Assembly: GCA_963813535.1 (NCBI GenBank)
Contig: CAWEZH010000003.1
Location: forward strand, 416,001-480,000
DNA length: 64,000 nucleotides
DNA from: an uncultured Chloroflexia bacterium
GTDB lineage: Bacteria; Chloroflexota; Limnocylindria; Limnocylindrales; CSP1-4
Direction of reading: 5' to 3'
The notes beneath the pieces are model-generated. The model was not told where the DNA came from, made no database searches, and saw only the letters and a list, made by a program, of their open reading frames with translations. This document shows positions 38,368 to 48,427 of this stretch, in pieces. A program made the position numbers and the translations under genes. Numbering within the stretch: position 1 is the first letter of the stretch; the number at the start of each line of letters is the position of its first letter.

Positions 38368-39729
38368 ATGCGCTCTTGGGATCTGAAACGAGGCTCCGTC
38401 CTCGTGCTGCTCGCCGCGTTCGCCGCCTCGGCGTGCAGCGGCGGGTTCGGGGGCGCGAGCGCGCCCGCATCTGCGTCGGCGGCCGCATCCGCGGAACCGT
38501 CGGCGTCTGCCAGCGCGGCGGCAGAGCCGGTCACGCTGACCTATCTGGTCGACGACACGGACGCCACGCAAGCTCGGGCGAATGCCCTTGCCGACGCGTA
38601 TACCGCCAAGCATCCGAATGTCACGTTCGACATCGAGACACGGCCCGGCGGGACCGAGGGCGACAACATCGTCAAGACGCGGCTCTCGACCGGCGAGATG
38701 ACTGACATCTTCTGGTACAACTCGGGTTCCCTGCTCCAGGCCTTGAGCCCGTCGGAGTCGCTCGTCGACATCGCCGCTGAACCATTCATCGCCAACATCG
38801 ATGAGTCCTACCTGCCCACCGTGTCGCAGGGCGACGCGATCTTCGGCGTGCCGAGCGAGACCGCCATGGGCGGCGGGATCCTGTACAACAAGAAGGTCTT
38901 TGCCGATAACGGCCTGCAGGTCCCCAAGTCGTGGGCCGAATTCGCCGCCAACAACGACAAGCTGAAGGCTGCCGGCGTCGCAGCGATCGGGGCGACGTAC
39001 GCCGACACGTGGACGTCGCAGCTGTTCGTCCTGGCCGACTTCTACAACGTGCAGAGCGCCGTCCCCGACTTCGCGGAGCAATACACGGCGAACAAGGTGC
39101 ACTACTCGGACACGCCTGCGGCGCTCGCGGGCTTCAAGCGCCTCCAGGAGGGATTCGAGAAGGGCTGGTATCAGAAGGACTTCGGCGCCGCCAAGCTCGA
39201 TGATGGGCTGAATGCACTCGCCGAGGGCACGATCGCGCAATACCCGATGCTGACCTTCACGCTCGGGACGATCAATGAGAACCATCCTGAGGCGATCCAG
39301 GACATCGGATTCTTCGGGCAGCCCGGCGAGGACGCCGCCAAGAACGGCGCCACGATCTGGATGCCGGCGGCGACCTACATCGCCAAGTCGAGCCAGAACC
39401 AGGATGTGGCCAAAGACTTCCTCGGGTTCATCGCGTCGGTCGAAGGGACCGAGGTCCTGACCGAGGCCATCGCACCATCCGGTCCCTACGTCATCAACGG
39501 GTCGAAGCTGCCCGACGACGCCCTGCCAGCGGTCAAGGACATCCAGACCTACCTGGAGAGCAACACCGCCGGCCCGGCGCTCGAGTTCCTTTCGCCAGTG
39601 AAAGGCCCGTCGCTGGAGCAGATCACGGTCGCCGTCGGCTCGGGACTCAATACGGCCGAGGAAGGCGCCAAGCTGTACGACCAGGACGTCGAGAAGCAGG
39701 CCAAGCAGCTCGGCCTACCCGGCTGGTAA
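38368..39729 (+). CDS. Carbohydrate (rhamno-oligosaccharide) ABC substrate-binding lipoprotein
   Basis: SD GAGGAGG and lipobox ASAC. Motifs RPGGTEGDNIVKTRL, YNSGSLL, DTWTSQLFVLAD and ALEFLSPVKGP. Confidence 0.9.
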   Translation: MRSWDLKRGSVLVLLAAFAASACSGGFGGASAPASASAAASAEPSASASAAAEPVTLTYLVDDTDATQARANALADAYTAKHPNVTFDIETRPGGTEGDNIVKTRLSTGEMTDIFWYNSGSLLQALSPSESLVDIAAEPFIANIDESYLPTVSQGDAIFGVPSETAMGGGILYNKKVFADNGLQVPKSWAEFAANNDKLKAAGVAAIGATYADTWTSQLFVLADFYNVQSAVPDFAEQYTANKVHYSDTPAALAGFKRLQEGFEKGWYQKDFGAAKLDDGLNALAEGTIAQYPMLTFTLGTINENHPEAIQDIGFFGQPGEDAAKNGATIWMPAATYIAKSSQNQDVAKDFLGFIASVEGTEVLTEAIAPSGPYVINGSKLPDDALPAVKDIQTYLESNTAGPALEFLSPVKGPSLEQITVAVGSGLNTAEEGAKLYDQDVEKQAKQLGLPGW

Positions 39730-39738
39730 GCGGGCGGC

Positions 39739-40716
39739 GTGGGCGTCCTCCAAACGGAGCATGACCAGGGAGTCGATCAGGCGCGATCGGCTCCCGCCGC
39801 CCGCCCCGCCGATGCCCGGCGGTCCGATGACGATGTCGTCGGCCGCCGGCATCGCAACGTCGCTGCCCTGGGGGCGTACCCCTACTGGTTCTATCTTCCA
39901 GCCGCGATCATCTTCGGCGTCATCTTCGTCCTGCCGACGCTGCTGTCGTTCTACTACAGCCTGACGCGCTGGACGTTGTTCGAGACCGAGTTCATCGGGC
40001 TCGACAACTTCTTCCAGTTCACGCGCGAACCATCACTCACCAATGGGCTCCGCAACACGTTCGTCTATGCCATCGTGACCAGTGGTCTGAAGGTCGTCCT
40101 CGGCCTCCTGCTGGCGGTCCTGCTCACGTCCAGCATCCGGGCCCGGAACGTCCTTCGCGCGATCGTGTTCTTCCCGGTGCTGGTCAGCACGGTCGCCGTC
40201 GGTATCACGTTCGCGGTGCTCATGCATCCCTCGCGCGGGCTGATCAACACCACGCTCGCCGCGGTCGGGATCGACGGACCGGCGTGGCTCATCGATCCGG
40301 ATATCGCCCTGTTGTCCGTGGCCCTGGTCGACGTCTGGAAGGGCGTCGGGATCGCCCTCGTCATCTTCATCGCGGGGATCCTGTCGATCCCCGAGGAATA
40401 CAGCGACGCGGCCAAGCTGGAGGGCGGGGCGTGGGTCCGGTTCCGACATATCATCGTGCCGCTCAGCCGCAACGCGACGTTCGCGGTGATCCTGCTCTCG
40501 TTCATCAGCGGACTTCGCACGTTCGACCTGATCTGGACGATGACCCGCGGCGGGCCGGGGTTCACGACCGACGTACTGACCTCCACGATCTACAAGCAAT
40601 ACCAGGCGGGCTTCTACGGGCTCGCGACCGCCGGCAACGTGATCCTGTTCATCGCCGTCACGGCGCTCGTGTACCCGCTGCAGCGGTTTCTCTCGAGACG
40701 GGAGATCGAGCTATGA
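39739..40716 (+). CDS. Carbohydrate ABC transporter permease
   Basis: MalF-type with FIGLDNF, EAA-like loop SIPEEYSDAAKLEG and FDLIWTMTRGGPG. Confidence 0.9.
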   Translation: MGVLQTEHDQGVDQARSAPAARPADARRSDDDVVGRRHRNVAALGAYPYWFYLPAAIIFGVIFVLPTLLSFYYSLTRWTLFETEFIGLDNFFQFTREPSLTNGLRNTFVYAIVTSGLKVVLGLLLAVLLTSSIRARNVLRAIVFFPVLVSTVAVGITFAVLMHPSRGLINTTLAAVGIDGPAWLIDPDIALLSVALVDVWKGVGIALVIFIAGILSIPEEYSDAAKLEGGAWVRFRHIIVPLSRNATFAVILLSFISGLRTFDLIWTMTRGGPGFTTDVLTSTIYKQYQAGFYGLATAGNVILFIAVTALVYPLQRFLSRREIEL

Positions 40717-41549
40717 GACGCATCCGCTCGATCCGGGGTTGGTGGCTCGACGGCGTGGCGTTCCTGGTGGCCGGCATCGTGTTCGTCGTGCCGTTCGTCT
40801 TCATCGTGTTCACCGCCGCCAAGGATCGCGCGGAAGCGTCGGGTCTCCGCTTCAGCCCACCGACCGACTGGCAGCTGATCCCGAACATCCTCGAGGTCAT
40901 CGGCTTCAGGAACGACCTGATGGTCACGGCGCTGCGGAATAGCCTCATCCTGACCGTCCTGTCGGTGGCGCTCATCGTGGTCTTTGCAGCGATGGTCGGG
41001 TTCGTCCTGCAGCGCCGGCGCGATAGGGCGGCGCGCGTCGTGAGCGCCCTGGTCCTGGCCGGGCTGATCATCCCGCCCGCCATCGTCCCGACGATCTACG
41101 TCCTGCAGTCGATCGGGCTGTTCAAGACGCTGATCGGCCTGACCCTCGTCGAGGTGGCATTCCTGCTGCCCTTCGCCATCCTGATCTTCCGGGCGTTCGT
41201 GTCGAGCATCCCGCGCGAGCTCGACGAGGCGGCGATCATCGACGGCGCCTCACCGCTCCGGCTGTTCGTCCACGTGATCTTTCCACTTCTGCGGCCTGCG
41301 GTGATCACCGTGATCGTGGTCGCGTCGGTGGCGATCTACAACGACTTCGTCAACCCGCTGTACTTCCTGCCCGGGAACGAGAACGCCACGGCGCAGCTGA
41401 CGCTGTTCGCGTTCCAGAGCCAGTTCAACACGCGCTGGAACCTACTGTTCGCGGACGTGCTGCTGATCACGATCCCGCCGCTCATCATGTTCATCTTCTT
41501 CCAACGCCAGATCGTTTCCGGGATGGCTGCAGGAGCGGTCAAAGGGTGA
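40713..41549 (+). CDS. Carbohydrate ABC transporter permease
   Basis: MalG-type with IPRELDEAAIIDGA and FQRQIVSGMAAGAVKG. Confidence 0.92.
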   Translation: MRRIRSIRGWWLDGVAFLVAGIVFVVPFVFIVFTAAKDRAEASGLRFSPPTDWQLIPNILEVIGFRNDLMVTALRNSLILTVLSVALIVVFAAMVGFVLQRRRDRAARVVSALVLAGLIIPPAIVPTIYVLQSIGLFKTLIGLTLVEVAFLLPFAILIFRAFVSSIPRELDEAAIIDGASPLRLFVHVIFPLLRPAVITVIVVASVAIYNDFVNPLYFLPGNENATAQLTLFAFQSQFNTRWNLLFADVLLITIPPLIMFIFFQRQIVSGMAAGAVKG

Positions 41550-44251
41550 CGCTGCGCGTCGAGCGACTGCGCTCGCAGGTCCCCGAGGGCGTGCTGACGA
41601 TCGGACTCGATCCGGTCAGGCTGACGTGGCGGCTCACCGCGGACCGGCCGGACGCCGTCCAGCTCGGGTATCGGATCGACGCTGCTGCGAGCCCGGACTT
41701 CGACGTGATCCTTGCCACGACCGGCGACCTCGATCACGACGACCAAGTGGCCGTGGTGGCGCCGGGTGACCCGCTTCGTAGCCGCGAGGTGCGTCACTAC
41801 CGGGTCCGAGTCCGTGACGGTTCGGGCTGGTCGGGCTGGAGCGACCCGTTGCGTGTCGAGGCCGGGCTGCTCCACGCGGACGACTGGGTGGCACGAGCCG
41901 TCACGCTGCCGGACGACCCAGGCAGTCATCGGCAGGCGCCGGCACCGATGGTGCGTCGAGGCTTCGACGTCCCGGGGCCCGTGACCCGGGCCCGTCTCCA
42001 CGTCACCGCGCTCGGGCTGCACCGGGTCACGATCAACGGACGGCCGATCTCGGCGGACCTGCTCGCGCCGGGCTGGACGTCATACCGCCACCGTCTCCTC
42101 GCCGACACGTACGACGTCACGGCGTTCCTGACCGCTGGGCCGAATGCCATCGGGGCGGTCCTCGGCGACGGATGGTATCGAGGCCGCCTCGGCTGGCAGC
42201 CTGGGCACGAGCGGTGCCACTACGGCGAGCAGGTCGGGCTTGTCGCTCAGCTCGAGATCGACTGCGCCGATGGCAGCCGGGTCGTGGTCGGCACCGATGA
42301 GGATTGGCGGGCCTCGACCGGGGAGATCCGATCCGCCGACCTCTACGACGGGAGCACGACCGACCTCCGGGAGCGCCGTCCCGACTGGGACTGCCCTGGC
42401 TTCGACGACAGGGGCTGGGCGAGCGTCGCGATCGTGCCATTCGACGGCGGAGGCATCGAGCCCCGGACTGCCCCGGCGGTCCGCGTCGTCGCCACGTTGC
42501 CGGTCGACCGGTCGCCGCGTGGTGACGGGCGATGGGCGCTGGACGGTGGCCAGAACATCTCCGGTTGGGTCCGACTCCGGGTCCGTGGGCGGCGCGGCGA
42601 CGCCGTCACCGTGCGGCATGCCGAGGTGCTCGAACCGGATGGCTCCCTCCACACGCGGGCCCTCCGATCGGCCAGGGCGACCGACACCTACGTGCTCGCC
42701 GACGACCAGATCGTCACGCTCGAGCCGGCGTTCACCTTCCACGGCTTCCGGTACGCCGAGGTCGAGACGAGCGCCGAGCTGCTCGACGCGGAGCTGGTAG
42801 CGGTCAGCAGCGACACGCCGCGCCGCGGGGACTTCAGTTGCTCCGAGTCCGCGCTCGTACGCCTCCATTCGAACGTGGTCTGGTCGCAGCGCGACAACTT
42901 CGTGTCTGTGCCGACAGACTGTCCGCAGCGCGACGAGCGACTGGGCTGGACGGGCGACGCCCAAGCGTTCGCGAACACCGCATCGACGCTGTTCGATGCG
43001 GAAGCCTTCTGGCGGAGCTGGCTTAGCGACCTGGCGCTCGATCAGCATCCGACACTCGGCGTGTCCACGGTCGTGCCCGACGTGGTGATCGATGGCGAGC
43101 CCCGGTTCGGCCGCGCGGGTTGGGCCGATGCGGCGACGATCGTGCCGTGGTCGGTCTATGAGGCCTACGGTGATCTCAGCGTGCTCGTCGACCAGCGCGA
43201 CAGCATGGCGAGATGGCTCGAGTCGCTCGAGGCCCGGCGAGGGCCGGACGGACTGCTCCCATCAGCGATGCAGTTCGGCGACTGGCTCGATCCGGACGCG
43301 CCGTCCGATCGCCCGTGGGAGGCGAAGGCCGATTCGACGTACATCGCCAACGCGTTCCTCGTGCACAGTGCCCGCCTTACCGCGGATGCCGCTCGGGCGA
43401 CAGGCGCCACCGCGCTCGAAGCGCATGCGCGGTCCGTTGCCGATGACGTGGCGCCAGCGACCTGGGGCAGGTGGCGCGATCACGCGGTCACGACGCAGAC
43501 CGGCTGCGCCGTCGCGCTCCAGCTTGGCGTCGCGCCCGGCGAGGAGCGATCTGAGGTCGCCGCCACGCTGGCACGACTCGTCCGCGAGGCCAACGGGCGG
43601 GTCGCGACCGGCTTCCTGGGCACGCCGCTGGTGCTGCCGGCGCTCGCGGAGTTCGGGCACCTCGACGAGTGCTACCTGATGCTGCTCCGGCGCGACGACC
43701 CGTCGTGGCTGTACCAGGTCGAGCAGGGCGCCACGACCGTTTGGGAGCGCTGGGATGCCATCCGTCCGGATGGCTCGATCCACCCCGGGACGATGGCGCC
43801 GCCACCGGACATGACCGGCTCGGACGGGGGCCACATGCTGTCCTTCAACCACTACGCCTATGGGGCTGTGATCGACTGGGTCTACCGTCACTTGGCCGGT
43901 CTCGCCCCTGACCGGGAGCGGCCGGGCTACCGGCACGTGGTGTTCGCGCCTAGGCCATGCGTCGGCATCGACTGGGCGCGCGCCTCGGTCGAGTCGCCCT
44001 ACGGGCCGATCACGACGGAGTGGCGGATCGAATCAGGCGGGCTGGTCGTCGAGATCGACACTCCGATCGGGACGACCGGCACGTTCATCGCACCCGCGAC
44101 ATCAAGCTCGACCGTCTCGCTCGACGGCGAGACCGTCCAACCCCGCATCGACCTCGGGCCGGGTCGGCACCGCCTCCTCGTGACCGACCCGGCCCTCGCC
44201 GATCCGGCGCGGCATCGTACGCTCGAGGGCGAGGTGGTGGTTCGCGCGTGA
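41546..44251 (+). CDS. Alpha-L-rhamnosidase (GH78)
   Basis: Motifs APGWTSY, GQNISGW, FTFHGFRY, PTDCPQRDERLGWTGD, FGDWLDP, GATTVWERWD and SFNHYAYGAV. Confidence 0.95.
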   Translation: MTLRVERLRSQVPEGVLTIGLDPVRLTWRLTADRPDAVQLGYRIDAAASPDFDVILATTGDLDHDDQVAVVAPGDPLRSREVRHYRVRVRDGSGWSGWSDPLRVEAGLLHADDWVARAVTLPDDPGSHRQAPAPMVRRGFDVPGPVTRARLHVTALGLHRVTINGRPISADLLAPGWTSYRHRLLADTYDVTAFLTAGPNAIGAVLGDGWYRGRLGWQPGHERCHYGEQVGLVAQLEIDCADGSRVVVGTDEDWRASTGEIRSADLYDGSTTDLRERRPDWDCPGFDDRGWASVAIVPFDGGGIEPRTAPAVRVVATLPVDRSPRGDGRWALDGGQNISGWVRLRVRGRRGDAVTVRHAEVLEPDGSLHTRALRSARATDTYVLADDQIVTLEPAFTFHGFRYAEVETSAELLDAELVAVSSDTPRRGDFSCSESALVRLHSNVVWSQRDNFVSVPTDCPQRDERLGWTGDAQAFANTASTLFDAEAFWRSWLSDLALDQHPTLGVSTVVPDVVIDGEPRFGRAGWADAATIVPWSVYEAYGDLSVLVDQRDSMARWLESLEARRGPDGLLPSAMQFGDWLDPDAPSDRPWEAKADSTYIANAFLVHSARLTADAARATGATALEAHARSVADDVAPATWGRWRDHAVTTQTGCAVALQLGVAPGEERSEVAATLARLVREANGRVATGFLGTPLVLPALAEFGHLDECYLMLLRRDDPSWLYQVEQGATTVWERWDAIRPDGSIHPGTMAPPPDMTGSDGGHMLSFNHYAYGAVIDWVYRHLAGLAPDRERPGYRHVVFAPRPCVGIDWARASVESPYGPITTEWRIESGGLVVEIDTPIGTTGTFIAPATSSSTVSLDGETVQPRIDLGPGRHRLLVTDPALADPARHRTLEGEVVVRA

Positions 44252-44362
44252 CCCCCACAGGCACCACTTCGCACTCGGCTTGAGGCCGAGCGCTCACGCC
44301 ATCGCCATTGACTGGGCGAGCCGCACGTCTCAACCTCGGGCTTCCGCGCGGGATGAGGTGTG

Positions 44363-45304
44363 ATGCGGCGTCCAGTCGCGATCCTGGGAGCACCATCGAG
44401 CATCGGCCTCCGCCCAGACGACCGGAGCGGTGAGCCTCAACACGTAGATCGGGCACCCGGGATCCTTCGCGGACTCGGGCTAGCGAGGCGGCTCGACGCC
44501 GCAGATCTCGGCGACGTGGTGCCTCCGCCCTACGTGGACTTCACGCGTCCGCCCGGCCGCGCCAGGAACGAAGACGGATCGCAGACGTATAGCCACGAGC
44601 TCGCGGCCGGCGTCGAGGCTGGTCTCGACCAAGGTCAATTCGTGATCGTGCTGGGAGGCGATTGCAGCATCGTCCTGGGGTGCTTGCTCGGTGCCGGTCG
44701 GCACAGCGGCCAGGTCGGACTCGCCTATGTCGACGCCCACGCAGACTTCGCGACGCCCGAGCAATCGCAGACAGGGTCTGTTGCAAGCATGGGTCTCGCG
44801 CTCGCGGTCGGGCGTGGGGATTCGCCGCTCGCGAGGCTGGCCGGCGTGGCCCCGATCGTGCGTCCGGAGCATGTCGCGCTGATCGGGCGACGCGATATGG
44901 GCGAACCCAGCTACGGCCACGAAGCTCTCCGAGTGTCCGGCATCCTCGACCTACCCGGTCCCGGCCTCGAGCCAGGGGGCGCGGGCGCGACCGCGTCTGC
45001 CGCGCTGGCTCGGGTCGGATCGAGCGAGGTGGCCGGGTTCTGGATCCTGGTGGACGCTGACGTGCTCGACCCGCTGGTGATGCCCGCTGTGGGTTCGCCG
45101 GAGCCGGGCGGGCCAGGGATCGACGAACTCGCCGCATTCCTTGCCCCGCTCGTGAGCCATCCGAAGGCACTCGGCATGGCACTCACGCTCTACGATCCCT
45201 CGCTCGACCCGGATCGGACGTGCGCAGCACGGCTGGTGGAGCTGCTCGAGATCCTCGTCGAACGTCAGCGCGCCACCGGGAGCCCCAACGATGCGTCGAC
45301 TTGA
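44363..45304 (+). CDS. Arginase/ureohydrolase-family protein A
   Basis: Motifs GAPSSIGL, GGDCSI, YVDAHADF, DADVLDP, PGG and YDPSLD. Confidence 0.88.
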   Translation: MRRPVAILGAPSSIGLRPDDRSGEPQHVDRAPGILRGLGLARRLDAADLGDVVPPPYVDFTRPPGRARNEDGSQTYSHELAAGVEAGLDQGQFVIVLGGDCSIVLGCLLGAGRHSGQVGLAYVDAHADFATPEQSQTGSVASMGLALAVGRGDSPLARLAGVAPIVRPEHVALIGRRDMGEPSYGHEALRVSGILDLPGPGLEPGGAGATASAALARVGSSEVAGFWILVDADVLDPLVMPAVGSPEPGGPGIDELAAFLAPLVSHPKALGMALTLYDPSLDPDRTCAARLVELLEILVERQRATGSPNDAST

Positions 45305-46202
45305 CATCATCGGCGCACCGAGCAGCGCCGGGGCGTATGCGCCAGGTCAGGAACGAGCTCCCGAGGCGTTCCGCGCCGCAGGTCTGCCGGCGACCCTGCG
45401 CGAGCGTGGCATCGACGTCAACTACCGGGGCGATGTGCCAGGTTTTCGCTGGCGGGTCGATCGAGCGAACCCTCGTGCCATGAATGTCGAGGCCGCCACG
45501 GGCGTGGTCCTGGCGGTCGCAGGTCGTGTCGCGGCAAGCCTCGCGGAAGGCGCGTCGGTCCTGGTGCTCGGTGGCGACTGCACCGTGGAACTCGGTACGG
45601 TCGCCGGGGCCTCCGTCGCCTGCGAGGATCTCGGGCTCGTCTACATCGACCTTGACACGGATCTGAACACGCCGGACAGCGTCGAGGACGGTGCCCTCGA
45701 TTGGATGGGCGTGGCCCATCTGCTTGGCCTGGAAGGGACGGTCCCAGCCCTCGCCGGCATCGGTCCGCGGACGCCGATGATGCGCCCGGACCAGGTGATG
45801 CTGTTCGCCAACGACAACTCCACGGCGTTCGAGCGTCGGATCATCGACGAACGAGGGATCCAGGAGGTCCGGCTGGCGAGCGTGGCGGCTGACCCAGCGG
45901 GCGTTGCACGCGGCGTGGCCGAGGACTGGGCGCGACGGTTCGAGCGTCTCCTGGTCCACGTCGACGTGGACGTCCTGGATTACCTCGATCTTCCGATCGC
46001 CGAGGAAACGCGCCGAAACAAGGGGCTTCGCTTCCCGCAGCTCGTGGCCGTACTGCGGGAACTCGTCGCCGCACCGAATTGGGTGGCCTTGACCATCTGC
46101 GAAGTCAACCCGGACCACGGCGAGCCCGAGGGCGCCACGATTCGCACGTTCAGCGACGGCTTGGCCGACGTCCTATCTGAGGCGAGCACACGAAGGAGTT
46201 GA
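45291..46202 (+). CDS. Arginase/ureohydrolase-family protein B
   Basis: Motifs GAPSSAG...PGQERAP, GGDCTV, YIDLDTDLNTP, HVDVDVLD and CEVNPDH. Confidence 0.88.
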   Translation: MRRLDIIGAPSSAGAYAPGQERAPEAFRAAGLPATLRERGIDVNYRGDVPGFRWRVDRANPRAMNVEAATGVVLAVAGRVAASLAEGASVLVLGGDCTVELGTVAGASVACEDLGLVYIDLDTDLNTPDSVEDGALDWMGVAHLLGLEGTVPALAGIGPRTPMMRPDQVMLFANDNSTAFERRIIDERGIQEVRLASVAADPAGVARGVAEDWARRFERLLVHVDVDVLDYLDLPIAEETRRNKGLRFPQLVAVLRELVAAPNWVALTICEVNPDHGEPEGATIRTFSDGLADVLSEASTRRS

Positions 46203-46203
46203 C

Positions 46204-47019
46204 ATGGGATCGTCTGCAACCCCGATCGCGCGGCGACCGCTGCTCACGTTCTTCATCGCCTCGCTGGGCCTCGGGTGGCTCTTGACGCTCGCGTCGGCGC
46301 AGCTCGCGTCGAACCCGGTCCTGCTACCGCTGATCGCGATCCCCGTGAGCTACGTCCCGGCGCTGATCGCCTGGGTCGTGCTTCGCGTCAGTGGGACCCA
46401 GGAGGAGCGGGATGCGTGGCGCCACCGCCTGACGCGTGTCCGCGTCGGCTGGCGGTGGTATGCGGTGGGCCTGGTCGCGCTCCCACTGGTCCACCTGGCT
46501 GGCGTGGGCATCGCGACGCTGTTCGGCGGGGTCTTCCCGTTCCACCCGATGTTGCTCGCGCTGTTCCCGCTCTTCCTCGTGACCAACTACGGCGAGGAGA
46601 TCGGTTGGCGGGGCTACGCCCTACCCAAGCTCCAGGAGCGGATGACCCCACTCGAGGCAGCGCTGGTCCTCGGGGTGATCTGGGGGGCGTTCCACTGGAT
46701 CGCACTGGCCGGCAATGCAGACGCCCCGATCGCGTACATGGCGGTGGGTACGGCGCACCTGGTGGCGATCAGCGTGATCATGTCATATGTGTTCAACGGT
46801 TCGGGCGAGAGCGTGCCCGCCGTGACCGTGCTGCACGCGATGTACGACACGGTCGCCATCGGTGTCGCTCCGCTCATCGAGACGACCGTGCCCCTCCTCG
46901 CGTTCGCATCGACCGCGGTGATCGCTTGGATCGTCGCCATCGCACTCGTCATCCGGACGAGGGCCGAACTCGGTTTTCCGCGCGACGAGTCGAAGCGCGT
47001 TGAGTCGGTCCCCGCCTGA
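46204..47019 (+). CDS. CPBP/Abi (CAAX-protease-like) intramembrane metalloprotease
   Basis: Motifs GEEIGWRGY, WGAFH and HAMYD; multiple TM helices. Confidence 0.9.
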   Translation: MGSSATPIARRPLLTFFIASLGLGWLLTLASAQLASNPVLLPLIAIPVSYVPALIAWVVLRVSGTQEERDAWRHRLTRVRVGWRWYAVGLVALPLVHLAGVGIATLFGGVFPFHPMLLALFPLFLVTNYGEEIGWRGYALPKLQERMTPLEAALVLGVIWGAFHWIALAGNADAPIAYMAVGTAHLVAISVIMSYVFNGSGESVPAVTVLHAMYDTVAIGVAPLIETTVPLLAFASTAVIAWIVAIALVIRTRAELGFPRDESKRVESVPA

Positions 47020-47157
47020 GCAGCCCGGTGTATCCGACGGTGATCAGGCGTAGCGGTTCGCCGCAGGACGGTGCGATACATCCTCCGGCTACCTGGCCGG
47101 TGGCGAGCAGCGCGGCCGAACGGGCCCTCGACCGGCACCGCGGCCGGCGCCACGTGT

Positions 47158-47183
47158 GTAACGTCAACGGCACACAGAACGTC
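47158..47183 (+). promoter_or_regulatory. Possible ECF-sigma promoter
   Basis: GTAAC-N17-CGTC directly upstream of ATG 47195. Confidence 0.4.
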
Positions 47184-47194
47184 GTCCGCATGTC

Positions 47195-47647
47195 ATGAAG
47201 ATGCAACGCATCGCCGCACGTGCGCTGACGGTGGTCGGCATCGTGGCGCTGGGCTGGTTCGCGCTTGCCGTGCCCGCGATGTTCGGGCCGATGGGCCCGC
47301 TCGTGATCATCCTCCGTGGGCCCTACGGGCTGATCGCGGTCCTGGCCCTCGTAAGCGCCCGCGGACTGTGGACCGGGCGGCGCTGGGCGAGGCTGCTCGG
47401 GCTCGTCGGATCGCTCCTCGCCCTCGCCTGGGCGGGATTCGACATCGTCCAGTACTGGCCGGGCCCACTCAGTGCGCTCGGCGATCCGAGCGTCTGGTAC
47501 AACTGGGCGCTCCCGGATATGTGGGTACCGCTCCCGATCGCCGTCGGCGGGATCATCGCTCTGGTCGCGCTCGCGCGAGGAGACGCTCGTCGGCCAGTCG
47601 ACACCGCGGACCGGGTGCGACCTCAGTCACCGCCCTCAGCTCGCTGA
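47195..47647 (+). CDS. Hypothetical 4-TM membrane protein
   Basis: Hydrophobic ORF containing GLWTGRRWAR, similar in style to the GLWSLQPWAR protein at 24627-25037. Confidence 0.65.
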   Translation: MKMQRIAARALTVVGIVALGWFALAVPAMFGPMGPLVIILRGPYGLIAVLALVSARGLWTGRRWARLLGLVGSLLALAWAGFDIVQYWPGPLSALGDPSVWYNWALPDMWVPLPIAVGGIIALVALARGDARRPVDTADRVRPQSPPSAR

Positions 47648-47704
47648 GTCTGGTCGGGGCGAGAGGACTCGGGCCGATGGACCTACCTCATCCACCGTCG
47701 TGCG

Positions 47705-48193
47705 TCACGCTGCGGGCCGCGGCTCGAGGATGACCACCGCCGTTTCCCGCGGTCGGCGCGCTGCCCAGCTCGCGAGCTCCTCCTCGCCGTCGTACTCGGC
47801 CCAGCGCGCCCACAGGCGGGGCCGCTCCTCTGGTGTGGCGGCACGGCCACGGACCGCGCGCGAGCCGTCGGTCAGCACGACCGTGGTGTCGGGGTTCGCC
47901 TGGAGGTTGAGCCACCACGCCGGCTCCGGTTCACCCCAGCCGTTCATGGCCATGGTGACCAGATTCGGACCGTCCTCGAAGTAGCCGAGGATGGCGTGTC
48001 GCTCGCTGCCCGTGCGACGACCGATCGTCTTGAGCCGCATCATCCCCCACCGCTCGGGCGTCTGGCGACGGAGGCCGATCCGGCCGAGCGTGAGGGCGTA
48101 GATCGCGCGATGGATCGTCCAGGCGGCGCTGATGACCCAGCGCGGCGGGAGTGGTGCGCGGCGACCGTGATCGGTCGTGGTGGGACTGGTCAT
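47705..48193 (-). CDS. Deazaflavin (F420)-dependent nitroreductase-family (Ddn-like) protein
   Basis: Motifs LKTIGRRTG..R, MNGWG..EPAWWLNLQANP and RETAVVILEP. Confidence 0.88.
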   Translation of the reverse strand: MTSPTTTDHGRRAPLPPRWVISAAWTIHRAIYALTLGRIGLRRQTPERWGMMRLKTIGRRTGSERHAILGYFEDGPNLVTMAMNGWGEPEPAWWLNLQANPDTTVVLTDGSRAVRGRAATPEERPRLWARWAEYDGEEELASWAARRPRETAVVILEPRPAA

Positions 48194-48423
48194 GTCGTGC
48201 CTCCTTCTGGGGACTCATATCGAAAGACGTCGTCGAGTGTCACGCCGAATGCGTGGGCGATCTGGAACGCCATCTCCAGGGACGGCGAGTAGCGACCCTG
48301 CTCGATGGCGATGATCGTCTGGCGCGTGACGCCGACCCGCTGGGCGAGCTCGGCCTGGGTCATCTCGCCGGCCTCGAACCGCAGGCGCCGGATCTGATTG
48401 CTGATCCTCGTGGGCTTGCCCAT
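48190..48423 (-). CDS. XRE-family HTH transcriptional regulator
   Basis: NQIRRLRF...MTQAELAQRVGVTRQTIIAIEQGRYSPSLEMAFQIAHAF. Confidence 0.93.
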   Translation of the reverse strand: MGKPTRISNQIRRLRFEAGEMTQAELAQRVGVTRQTIIAIEQGRYSPSLEMAFQIAHAFGVTLDDVFRYESPEGGTT

Positions 48424-48427
48424 CGGC

